32,000 nt of DNA from Nitrosococcus oceani ATCC 19707 (lineage in GTDB: Bacteria; Pseudomonadota; Gammaproteobacteria; Nitrosococcales; Nitrosococcaceae), in contig NC_007484.1 of assembly GCF_000012805.1 (NCBI RefSeq), positions 3,300,001-3,332,000 of the forward strand, read 5' to 3'. The translations under genes were made by a program, and so were the position numbers. Of this stretch, positions 1 through 9,583 are shown piece after piece; positions within the stretch are counted from its first letter, which is position 1, and the number at the start of each line of letters is the position of its first letter. Under the pieces are notes generated by a model that did not search any database, was not told the origin of the DNA, and saw only the letters and a list, made by a program, of their open reading frames with translations.

Positions 1-432
1 ACCCCCTACCGAGTAGCCGAGCATACCGTCGATGAAGTTAATTGGCGGATTGAAGAGGAAATGCGGGAACGATTACGCCACTATGCCCTTTATCCTGAAA
101 AAATCGATCAACGTCTGCAAGAACTAGATGAAGAGTGGGACATTGAGAGAACTTTAGAGGCCAATGCCGCCAGCTTATCCCTAGTGGGTCTGACCTTAGG
201 GCTAGCGGTAAACCGTAAATTCTTGCTATTTCCCGTGGCGATATCGGCTTTTCTGTTGCAGCACGCTATTCAAGGCTGGTGTCCCCCAATCCCCCTATTT
301 CGCCGCCTGGGAGTACGTACCCAACGGGAGATAGAAACAGAGCGGATAGCGCTAAAGATTTTACGCAGCGATTTTGATGAAATCAGCCACGATGTTCATC
401 CCGCTACCGTGGTGAATGCCGTACACCGTTAG
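1..432 (+). CDS. DUF2892 / YgaP-like transmembrane-domain protein; 5' end probably outside the window
   Basis: ORF track 61..432. The same frame is open back to base 1 (TPYRVAEHTVDEVNWRIEEE precedes the listed Met). Two hydrophobic helices and a QGWCPP..RRLG motif that I associate with DUF2892. Family call from memory, not searched. Confidence 0.55.
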   Translation, partial: TPYRVAEHTVDEVNWRIEEEMRERLRHYALYPEKIDQRLQELDEEWDIERTLEANAASLSLVGLTLGLAVNRKFLLFPVAISAFLLQHAIQGWCPPIPLFRRLGVRTQREIETERIALKILRSDFDEISHDVHPATVVNAVHR

Positions 433-532
433 CGCCACGCTAGCAAAGCCTGGAGAAAAATAGGCAAGGTCAACCCAAACAGTGGGTTCAAGGCCCTCTC
501 AGCAGGACTGCGACTCTGGAGGAAAACAAACT

Positions 533-1336
533 ATGGTGAACATAATTTTCATGGCTGCCCTCCTAGTGATAGTACTCGCAACAGGATGCACGGGCAGTGG
601 CAAAGTTCTACCAGCCCTGGAGATAGAGGGACAACCAGAGAGTATCAAAACAAATGTGTTAGAAACAGGCGCTTTGGCTTTGCAACGGGATGCACCTCCC
701 GATAAGCTCAATATTTATCTGGTCGGATTCCATCCTCTGAAAAACGATCCGCAGCACCAATTTGAAGCGCACCATTTCTGTCAGCAGGTTAACCAGGATT
801 TTGCTCAGTGCGTCCTGTATGATGGCAACACGCCGGACGCTAACATGAATGGTATTGAATATATTATTTCTGAGCGATTGTTTAACAGCCTTCCGGAGAA
901 AGAGCAGCAATACTGGCACCCCCATAATGGCGAAATTCTCTCAGGACAACTCGTTGCACCCGGATTGCCAGAGGCAGCTGACAAGGAGGTGATGCAGGGC
1001 AAAATGAATAGTTATGGAAAAACCTGGCATACTTGGCGAGTCACCCACGGCAATGGGAACAATGATCAGCTGCCCCTTGGCGAACCAGCACTGGCCTGGT
1101 CCTTCAATCGTTTTGGCGAAGCCAAGCCCGGACTCGTGGAAAGCCGTGATCGGCGAATGGATATTAATACCGAGGAACGCCGGCGTCAGCGCCAAGATCT
1201 TACCCCTCTTGCCCACCCTCAGGCGGGGGTCGATGCACTCCAGGGAAAATTTAAAGGGTCTACCCAGCCGATTCCGGGAGTAGTCGATAAGTCTGCCGCA
1301 CCCGGGCTAGGGGGCGAATCTTTTCCCAGCCAATAA
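533..1336 (+). CDS. DUF1264-family lipoprotein
   Basis: ORF 482..1336. The internal Met at 533 is preceded by GGAGGA and gives signal peptide MVNIIFMAALLVIVLATG/C (lipobox). AHHFC..QC.LYD..GIEYIISE.LF..LPE.E..YWHPH pattern is typical of DUF1264. Confidence 0.65.
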   Translation: MVNIIFMAALLVIVLATGCTGSGKVLPALEIEGQPESIKTNVLETGALALQRDAPPDKLNIYLVGFHPLKNDPQHQFEAHHFCQQVNQDFAQCVLYDGNTPDANMNGIEYIISERLFNSLPEKEQQYWHPHNGEILSGQLVAPGLPEAADKEVMQGKMNSYGKTWHTWRVTHGNGNNDQLPLGEPALAWSFNRFGEAKPGLVESRDRRMDINTEERRRQRQDLTPLAHPQAGVDALQGKFKGSTQPIPGVVDKSAAPGLGGESFPSQ

Positions 1337-2210
1337 TTGTCGCCGTCCTAGCAAACTCGTTGATGGTTGCACCAGGGCAGAAGCTGTGGCTATGCAACCA
1401 ATCCTATTCCTATTCTTCGAGCTCTGAGATTGAACCACTTACCCAATAATTCTAAAAGCGGACAGCAAACGCCGTGATAATTTTTAACTCGGCTTTACCC
1501 CTTGCTTTCTAACCTTCTTTTTTTAAATTAAAAGCCCTATCCCTACGCTCGCCATAAACAGATAAGCAGTAGGTAGAGTTATAAATGACTGCCTATAATT
1601 ATACTCTTCAGATAACTCGATATTTTAGATCAAGAAGATTTAATAGAGCATCCAAAGATGGGCAGATACCCCATCATAGAATTCAGTATGATAGGGATTG
1701 GCTGAGTTCAAATTCTCTATTCAGCAGCCTACTTTATTTGAGGCGTGGAGGCAGGGGAGAAAGGATTTAAAAGCTACTATTATCTAAATGCGATAAGATG
1801 AATACGACTGATTTCCTACCACTATGCAATTTACTTCATGTCTTTGCCGTCACTATGCGTACGGTCACTGATATTTCATACTGATTTTATTATTTTCGCT
1901 TTCAAAGAATTTAGTTCTATTTGAACTGCTGCCTTGGGCAAGTAGTCTTTATCTAGATTAAGAGAGAATTTTTTGTCAGGCACTATTTGGGTTCATTCGC
2001 AAAGATTCTGGGGAGTGCATTAAGCGGGCCGATACATTGAGAATGAAAACCTTCGTTCTCAACGGTCATTTTAACGGTTTCATCCCTTGATCATCTCGGC
2101 CTGCCTGCTCGAGCACCGCCACCTTCACCTGCAAGAGGCTTTGAACTCATGGAGCCTGTTTGATTCCAAACCCATGCGCACCTTTTACAGCTCCCTTCAA
2201 TCCGGAATAC

Positions 2211-2305
2211 AGTTATTTTTGATCAAGGCTCACGGTCATTGACACCCGAGCCAGCGTTTACTACATTTAATCCTCGTGGGAAAGGTAGTTTGTTTTTCCT
2301 ATACC
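2211..2305 (+). promoter_or_regulatory. Conserved upstream module, copy 1: candidate promoter plus 9-bp-arm inverted repeat
   Basis: About 85% identical to 2771..2864. TTGACA 2239-2244, 17-nt spacer, TACATT 2262-2267. Inverted repeat ACTACATTT (2260-2268) / AAAGGTAGT (2281-2289) overlaps the -10 and is followed by a T-rich run. Lies directly 5' of the CDS at 2321. Confidence 0.5.
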
Positions 2306-2320
2306 TCAAGGAGAAAGGAC

Positions 2321-2521
2321 ATGGATAGCTTGTTTAGCAGTGTCGGTAATGTATTCGGTGGTCTACTAAGCCTGATCTGGTTGATCATCGTGGTCTGGGC
2401 CATCGTCAAGGTGGCGAAAAGCGGCGCGAGTACGCTGGCAAAGATAATCTGGATTATCGCATTGATTATCTTTCCCTTGATTGGCTTGATCGCCTGGCTA
2501 TTGTTCGGTCCCAAGGGGTAG
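2321..2521 (+). CDS. Small membrane protein, PLDc_N (cardiolipin-synthase N-terminal-like) domain
   Basis: ORF 2276..2521. Met at 2321 is preceded by AGGAGA. Two TM helices with WAIVKV...AK.IWII..IIFPLIGL.AWLLFGP, the pattern of PLDc_N small proteins. Confidence 0.6.
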   Translation: MDSLFSSVGNVFGGLLSLIWLIIVVWAIVKVAKSGASTLAKIIWIIALIIFPLIGLIAWLLFGPKG

Positions 2522-2770
2522 CGATTGCGCACGCAGCAAAATTTGGGCGGGTCGCTTATTTAAAGGGCCTGTCCGTTTTTGTATTGACCAAACTCCAGTG
2601 AAAGTCGCCATAACGCGGTACGCCGAATCTGACTATGCCAAAGCAATAATTGATCGGATCAACCAACCATGAAATCCAATATTGAAGAAGGAACTCGCTG
2701 CCTAGGGAATTAAGCCGACGCACGCTGTTATGTGTTGGTGGCGCATTTTATGTTAACTGAGCCAGCATGC

Positions 2771-2864
2771 AATTATTTTTTGATCCATGATCACAGCGAT
2801 TGACACCCAAGCAAGCGTTTACTACCTTTAATCCTCATGGGAAAGGTAGTTTTTTTCCTATACC
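2771..2864 (+). promoter_or_regulatory. Conserved upstream module, copy 2
   Basis: Paralogous to 2211..2305. TTGACA 2800-2805. Perfect 9-bp inverted repeat ACTACCTTT (2821-2829) / AAAGGTAGT (2842-2850) with a 12-nt spacer, then a T7 run. Lies 5' of the CDS at 2934. Confidence 0.5.
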
Positions 2865-2933
2865 CTGCCGCACTCATCTAGCTTGGTGAAAGCGAAACAG
2901 GATTCATTGACTTGGCAAGAAAGGAGCAATGGG

Positions 2934-3344
2934 ATGAAATTTCGTACTCTACCGCTAGTACTGGCTATGACCGGCGTGGCCGGCTTTGTCATCGCCGCCG
3001 AAAAGGCGGCAATCGAAGTGTCGCCTCAACCGGCAGGCAGCGAAATTACTGTGGATAGTGTAACCGTCCCGGATGATGGTTTCGTGGTGATTCACGCCAG
3101 CGACGAGCATGGCAATATTATTGCACCACAATCCATTGGCTATTCGGCAGTGAAATCCGGTACCCAAGAAGACGTCAGCGTTAGCCTGGATGAGGAAGTT
3201 GCCTCCGGCGACAAGGTCTTCGTCATGCTGCACGAGGACACCGGCGAGAAAGGTACCTATGAATTCGGCGTCGATAGGACGGATGTGGACGTACCGGTGA
3301 TCCAGGATGGTAAGCCGGTTATCGCGCCCATGGATATTGAATAA
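2934..3344 (+). CDS. Secreted DUF7282-like protein
   Basis: ORF 2883..3344. Met at 2934 is preceded by AGGAG and gives signal peptide MKFRTLPLVLAMTGVAGFVIAAE. Core VTVPDDGFVVIH....G..I..SIGYS.V..G...DV.V.L...V..GD..F.MLH.DTG..G.YEF resembles DUF7282. Confidence 0.55.
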   Translation: MKFRTLPLVLAMTGVAGFVIAAEKAAIEVSPQPAGSEITVDSVTVPDDGFVVIHASDEHGNIIAPQSIGYSAVKSGTQEDVSVSLDEEVASGDKVFVMLHEDTGEKGTYEFGVDRTDVDVPVIQDGKPVIAPMDIE

Positions 3345-3697
3345 GCTTAGGCTTACATACCCGTTTTATAGCAAGGCCGCCCGATAGGAGTGGCCTCGCT
3401 ATGGAGCAGCGTTGATTATCTGCAACCCAACTGGCGGGAAGCCGTCGGACAGATCGGTGAAGGAATCGGCGGTTCACCTGTACCTTCAGGATAACAAAGC
3501 CTATAAAGATAGATCCCACCTCATGTAACATCACAATGGGACTGAAATGTCCCTACATTGTTGCTCATGAAACCATAAATTCGGTATCCAGTCTCCCTTG
3601 GTTGTTATCCACCGAAGCACCAAAACGCGGCGGAAGCCTTTTACCATGAATTCGCGCTATGATTTTCCCCTTGCCACAAGCGCTGCAACCTATCCTC

Positions 3698-3852
3698 GGG
3701 AGGAGGAGAAGTGATGCCCGTGGAAGGGTGATACCTAATGAGGGCCTTGCGCGGTAAATCGTGGCCAGCCAAAGCACCCGTTGAAGCGCGAATTTGTCAG
3801 ACGGATAAAATTTTGTGCCCACAAAATTGCTATCAGTCATGGCGAAACTCTA
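3698..3852 (-). repeat. ~155-bp repeat family X, copy 1; the adjacent 3671-3699 matches the leader 5' of the RayT remnant
   Basis: Aligns with 7244..7399 (shared GAGTTTCGCCATGACTGAT...GAATTCGCGCTTCAA..GGCTGGCCACGA..AAGGCCCTC..GGTATCACCC..CATCACTTC.CCTCCT on the minus strand). Conserved hairpin 3809-3828 has a different loop in the other copy. Indels break any common reading frame. Confidence 0.6.
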
Positions 3853-3946
3853 AATAGTGAAGGACTCTCTCAACAAGCCCTCACTCCTGACTCAACCTCA
3901 ATTTATTCTCCTGGATAAAAACCAAATAGTTATCCAGGATTGATGT

Positions 3947-3985
3947 AAAAAAAGCCCCGATCTTTAATAAGACCGGGGCTTTTTA
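3947..3985 (-). terminator. Rho-independent terminator downstream of groEL (bidirectional shape)
   Basis: AAAAAAAGCCCCGatctttaataagaCCGGGGCTTTTT: a GC-rich stem flanked by an A-run and a T-run, about 30 nt past the groEL stop. Confidence 0.75.
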
Positions 3986-4015
3986 CTCTTAAGACAGCGA
4001 GTGGATCTTGGGCGT

Positions 4016-5686
<1,671 letters not shown>

Positions 5687-5749
5687 TCAATCCTCTGTTA
5701 CTAATTTCGTGATTACTTCAAGCTTTTGTCGCGTTTTGCCAGCCGCGTC

Positions 5750-6040
5750 TTAACCTTCGAGCACCGCCATGATGTCGTCTTCCCGCATCACCAGCAGTTC
5801 TTCGCTTTCGACCTTTACATCGGTGCCGGAATATTTGCCAAAAAGCACCTTATCCCCTACTTTCACGTCAAGGGCGCGCACTTCTCCACTTTCAAGAATT
5901 TTGCCATTGCCCACGGCAACGACTTCACCACGAATCGGCTTCTCAGCCGCTGTATCCGGAATCACAATACCACCAGAGGAAGTTTTCTCTTCCTCCATAC
6001 GACGGACGATAACGCGATCATGAAGTGGACGAATCTTCAT
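5750..6040 (-). CDS. groS: Co-chaperonin GroES (Hsp10)
   Basis: 96-aa [38 protein letters not shown], 69 nt upstream of groEL. Confidence 0.97.
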   Translation of the reverse strand: MKIRPLHDRVIVRRMEEEKTSSGGIVIPDTAAEKPIRGEVVAVGNGKILESGEVRALDVKVGDKVLFGKYSGTDVKVESEELLVMREDDIMAVLEG

Positions 6041-6093
6041 TAACTTCTCCTTGTTACTTTTAAAGTTAAATTAAGGAAATACACGAACGCATG

Positions 6094-6122
6094 TTATGGG
6101 GACGAGCACTCCAAATTTCAAG
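6094..6122 (-). promoter_or_regulatory. Sigma-32 (RpoH) heat-shock promoter of groESL
   Basis: Minus strand reads CTTGAAA-14 nt-CCCCATAA, matching the CTTGAAA/CCCCATnT consensus. About 50 nt 5' of the groES ATG. Confidence 0.75.
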
Positions 6123-6139
6123 AGCGCCACCAAAAAAAA

Positions 6140-6166
6140 TTAGCACTCTCCTATAACGAGTGCTAA
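6140..6166. promoter_or_regulatory. CIRCE element (HrcA operator)
   Basis: TTAGCACTC-N9-GAGTGCTAA, a perfect match to the CIRCE consensus inverted repeat. Confidence 0.85.
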
Positions 6167-6193
6167 TAATAGCAATATCAAAACACGAGTCAA
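6166..6193 (-). promoter_or_regulatory. Candidate sigma-70 promoter immediately 5' of CIRCE
   Basis: Minus strand TTGACT (6193-6188), 16-nt spacer, TATTAT (6171-6166). CIRCE starts at the -10 edge, the usual HrcA-controlled layout. Confidence 0.55.
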
Positions 6194-6296
6194 CAGGAAA
6201 AAATACGAAAGGGCTCCCCTAACAGGGGGCACAAGGCATTGACGAACGGGGATTTTAAAGTTCTCAGAGAGGGATTAGCGGGGGAAAGTCAAATTC

Positions 6297-6761
6297 TTAT
6301 TCGTCTTCCCGTTTAGCCTGGCCGTCAATAATGCGGGGACGCTGGCGATGGTCAGAATCTTCCGGCCCCTGGCCCTGGCGGTATAGGGTAACTTCAACTC
6401 CACCGCGTTGCAGGGTGCGCCTTGCAACCCATAACAGAAAAGCCCGGCGGACAGGAGGAATAAGCCCCAAGAATCCTAGGGTATCAGTAAAAAAACCAGG
6501 GGTCAGCAGGAATATCCCACAGACCAGCAGCAATGCCCCTTCCAGCATCTCTAGCGCCGGTACCTGGCCGCGGGCCATACTGGCTTGAACCCGGCTTACG
6601 GTAGAGAACCCTTGCTGGCGCAATAAGAGCGCTCCCACCATCGCTGTGACTATGCATAAGAACACAGTCCAGCCAGCCCCCACAGCGCTACCAACACGGA
6701 TCAGCAGGTAGATCTCAATCAGAGGAAAGGTAAGGAAAAAAATAAAAAGTAAGCGAAACAT
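6297..6761 (-). CDS. fxsA: FxsA family membrane protein (UPF0716)
   Basis: 154-aa ORF MFRLLFIFFLTFPLIEIYLLI.VGS..G......L.......G..LLR.QG...LLTPGF.TD..G characteristic of FxsA. The groESL neighbourhood matches that of enterobacteria. Confidence 0.85.
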   Translation of the reverse strand: MFRLLFIFFLTFPLIEIYLLIRVGSAVGAGWTVFLCIVTAMVGALLLRQQGFSTVSRVQASMARGQVPALEMLEGALLLVCGIFLLTPGFFTDTLGFLGLIPPVRRAFLLWVARRTLQRGGVEVTLYRQGQGPEDSDHRQRPRIIDGQAKREDE

Positions 6762-6887
6762 TTAGTAATCGAAATTATCAATAGTTGATTTCAAGTATAC
6801 GCGACCTAGCTTGCGATGTCGCCTTGACTTATGGCTGCTAAATCGTTTTAATGGCGACCAAACAATTTAAGTATAGCCGGTTTTTAA

Positions 6888-6963
6888 GGCCAGGTAGCTC
6901 AGTCGGTAGAGCAGGGGACTGAAAATCCCCGTGTCGGCAGTTCGATTCTGTCCCTGGCCACCA
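6888..6963 (+). tRNA. tRNA-Phe (anticodon GAA), CCA encoded
   Basis: GGCCAGGTAGCTCAGTCGGTAGAGCAGGGGACTGAAAATCCCCGTGTCGGCAGTTCGATTCTGTCCCTGGCCACCA. Folds by eye into a cloverleaf: 7-bp acceptor GGCCAGG/CCTGGCC, anticodon loop CT-GAA-AA, T-loop GTTCGATTC. Confidence 0.95.
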
Positions 6964-7243
6964 AATAAAACAATAGCTTGCGAAACCGTCTTTGAGCGGG
7001 TCTTTTTCGCTGTGGAGGCCAAGTGGGGTATCACTTGCATACCCCAATTTTCCGCCAAGTACCGCTTCGGTCATAATTTCACTTGCCGAATAACCCCTCA
7101 TCTCTCCCATTTTATTGTCCCATAGGGCTTCCCCATCATCCGTCTGAAGATTCTTGTAGCGAGCCTAATCTCAGTTTATAGCGCATTGGGTTAGGGCGCG
7201 GCAAAAACTGATATTTTCAGAAAAAATAATAGATTTAATCTTA

Positions 7244-7399
7244 CGGTAGGAGGGGAAGTGATGCGCGTGGAGGGTGATACCCAACCGAGGGCCTTGAGCG
7301 CTAAGTCGTGGCCAGCCCAAGACACCCATTGAAGCGCGAATTCTCCAGGCTGATGAGGTTTTGTAGGAACAAAATCGACATCAGTCATGGCGAAACTCC
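7244..7399 (-). repeat. Repeat family X, copy 2 (immediately 3' of the RayT remnant on the minus strand)
   Basis: Aligns with 3698..3852. Hairpin 7358-7375 (GTTTTGT-agga-ACAAAAT) matches the copy-1 hairpin with the stem conserved and the loop changed. Confidence 0.6.
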
Positions 7400-7552
7400 A
7401 AATTCATGCACCAGCTCGATGATCTTGGCCCCCAGGGCGTGCCAGAGCAGCTTGCCATGACCGCTCTCGGCGGCTTCACGGATTCATAGACCTGGGTGAG
7501 CCATTTGTAATCCCTAGCATCGATATAGCCACGCAGCAAGGTGGCCGCGCCC

Positions 7553-7684
7553 CTAGAGATAGGATTCAAATTCTGATTGGGAGTTGCGCGTGCAGATGGT
7601 CACGAAATACGCACCCGCCCGGGAATAATCATAATTCTGTAATCGGATCGAACGGCGGCGGTGGATAGAAGGGTTGTAGGTCAT
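7553..7684 (-). pseudogene. Truncated REP-associated tyrosine transposase (RayT / IS200-like Y1 transposase), N-terminal 43 codons only
   Basis: MTYNPSIHRRRSIRLQNYDYSRAGAYFVTICTRN is the stereotyped N-terminus of COG1943/RayT proteins. The frame stops at 7553 and no HUH/Tyr domain follows in any frame. Confidence 0.7.
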
Positions 7685-7762
7685 GGCAGCAATCCGTTTT
7701 GGCCAGCAATGCTTGCAGCCTATCCTCGGCCGCATACGCCGCCTGCAATGACTCCCTTGAGA

Positions 7763-8085
7763 TTAGCGATGGCCTGAGCGAGGGTCATGGCCGATATTGG
7801 CGCTTTTGGCACGGATCTCCTGCCAGTGACAGCCTTCCAGCACCTGGAAGCGATGGTTCTCCGGGAATTGCGCAAACTCCGCATCCCCTTCGGACTCTTT
7901 CAGGGCGGTAGCGAATTCTTCGTCGTAGACATCGGCGATTCGCTTGAAGAACAGCAGGGGGAAGATATAGGTTTTGAAATCAGCCGCATTGACTGGCCCA
8001 CGTAGAATATTGGCAGCCTCCCAGAGATGGACCGAGAGGGTTCCGATATCCAGCGTTGCCTTATTGGGTTCCTTTTTTTTCGCAT
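7763..8085 (-). pseudogene. hsdM: Type I restriction-modification methylase HsdM, N-terminal fragment, frameshifted and 3'-truncated
   Basis: My own minus-strand translation gives LDIGTLSVHLWEAANILRGPVNAADFKTYIFPLLFFKRIADVYDEEF...FQVLEGCHWQEIRAKSANIG, the HsdM_N signature. The ATG at 8085 is out of frame across an A8 tract (8073-8080); A9 would join them. Homology ends near 7735 where RayT-associated sequence begins. Confidence 0.7.
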
Positions 8086-8423
8086 TGCTCCTCTACAATA
8101 CTTGGCGTTCATGGGTTTCTAATCAAGAATTGGCGGCGGGCGAGAGTTTAGATCGCGTTTACTCAGCCCATGGAGGGGAATTGTACTGCCCCACGGCACG
8201 TTGTTGGAAATGCTGCCGATTCGCCTGCTTTAACTACTCGCTTTGGCGCTCAATTGGAGAATGGCAAGATTTTTTCTATGACCGCTTACCCTGCCAGGCC
8301 CGTGGGTGCCGGTAAGATTAAGCCGCTACCAATAAAGGGCGCGTACTAGGGATAGAGGCTCTTAAACTATTAGATTAAATCCCTTCAATATGGTATTTTC
8401 CAACAAGCGTTTTTGAGCTTAAA

Positions 8424-8846
8424 TTGACTACTACTACCAGCAAAGGATTTCGCGTGAACGCATTCAAAAGAATTGGCGCTATTATTGCCATCACTCTGGT
8501 ATTAAGCGTGTTTGTTGCCCTAATCAGCTATCAATGGCCCAGGACGGCAACCTTCAGAATTGTAGACACTGAAGTCAAGCGCATTGAGGGTGGGGACCAA
8601 TACCGTATCACCGCCATTCGTCAAGAAGATGACAAACGGATGGTGCTTCGCAACGAAGACGCTTGGTATCGGTTTAAGTTCGACAGCGCCGACATCCAGG
8701 GCGATGCAGCCATCGCGGAAAAGAATGATTTTATGGTGGAAATGACTTATTACGGCTGGCGCAGCAACCTCATGTCATGGTTCTGGAATGTGAGTGACCT
8801 TGACATTCTACGGGAAAAGGCGCCAGCCCCAACACCGCAAGAATAA
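8424..8846 (+). CDS. DUF1523-like membrane-anchored protein
   Basis: 140-aa ORF with an N-terminal TM helix, then IVDTEVKR......YRI........VLRNED.W......S.D.Q........M....YGWR...MS.F.N, resembling DUF1523. The listed start is TTG; the GTG at 8451 has a better AAGGA upstream. Confidence 0.5.
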   Translation: MTTTTSKGFRVNAFKRIGAIIAITLVLSVFVALISYQWPRTATFRIVDTEVKRIEGGDQYRITAIRQEDDKRMVLRNEDAWYRFKFDSADIQGDAAIAEKNDFMVEMTYYGWRSNLMSWFWNVSDLDILREKAPAPTPQE

Positions 8847-8894
8847 GGAGAAACGCTGCGATAGTCTAAGTCTATCAGCGCTGCAGCACAGCCG

Positions 8895-9560
8895 TCACTT
8901 TTTGGCCTCCCAAAATGTCAGTAAGTTGAACCACCGCCCCACTGCCTGGACCTCATAGAAGCCCGCGGCAGCCAAATAATCTGGAATTTCCCCGCGAATA
9001 TGGGCAACGAGGGCAGGCATGAATAATTGGGGCCATACGCCTAACCACCATAGGGGGTGGCCCGGCCGGTCAAAATCCACTGCTAGCAAGCGTCCGCCCG
9101 GCTTGAGCACACGATGGATTTCTTCTAATCCCTGCCGTTTCAATTCCGCCGGCAAATGATGCAACATTAAGCTGGATAGCACCACATCAAAAGTTTCGTT
9201 CCCAAAAGGAAGGCGCTCCACAACGCCCAATTTGAACTCCGCTTGACTCTGGGCGCGGGCCGCCTTTTTCCTTGCCAAGGAAATCATGGGAAGAGAAGGA
9301 TCAACGCCTACCACCTTCCCCGAGGGGCCGCTCTTCTCCGCCGCCAATTGTGTCAGCACGCCGGTCCCGCACCCCACGTCCAAAATTTGCTCGCCAGGGC
9401 TCAATTGGGCATGGCGCAGGGTCTCCCGCCGGAACTTCTTTCTCAGACCGACCAAAGCGCACTCCAAATCATAAATGGGCGCTTGCCATTTGAGCACGGC
9501 CCCCCGAGTTTTAGGGGCCACTTCCCTGCTTGAATTCTCCATAGCATTATTCCTATCCAT
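8895..9560 (-). CDS. Class I SAM-dependent methyltransferase (Methyltransf_11/UbiE-like)
   Basis: 221-aa ORF with motif I ILDVGCGTG and DVVLSSLMLHH...LKPGGRLL. Its first ~33 codons lie inside direct repeat A. Confidence 0.8.
   Translation of the reverse strand: MDRNNAMENSSREVAPKTRGAVLKWQAPIYDLECALVGLRKKFRRETLRHAQLSPGEQILDVGCGTGVLTQLAAEKSGPSGKVVGVDPSLPMISLARKKAARAQSQAEFKLGVVERLPFGNETFDVVLSSLMLHHLPAELKRQGLEEIHRVLKPGGRLLAVDFDRPGHPLWWLGVWPQLFMPALVAHIRGEIPDYLAAAGFYEVQAVGRWFNLLTFWEAKK
9460..9552. repeat. Direct repeat A (93 bp) bounding the RM/HipBA island
   Basis: CACTCC...GGCGCTTG.CATTTGAGCACGGCCCCCCGAGTTTTAGGG.CCACTTCCCTGCTTGAAT.CTCCATAG.AT.ATTC recurs at 17193..17285 with roughly 10% mismatches and one 1-nt indel. 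Confidence 0.85.
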
Positions 9561-9583
9561 GCTTCAAACTCGATACCTAATTC

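Noticed and set aside
3565-3840. ORFs 3565..3840 and 7191..7388 (both starting MTD..FV.TK) as paralogous small proteins
   Set aside because: The DNA copies align, but an indel after the shared W codon puts them in different frames, and one copy would have an in-frame TAG. Conservation is therefore at the nucleotide or structure level, not the protein level.
6838-7125. ORFs 6838..7110, 6867..7058 (minus) and 6931..7125 (plus)
   Set aside because: They run through the tRNA-Phe gene and have no RBS or family features, so they are spurious.
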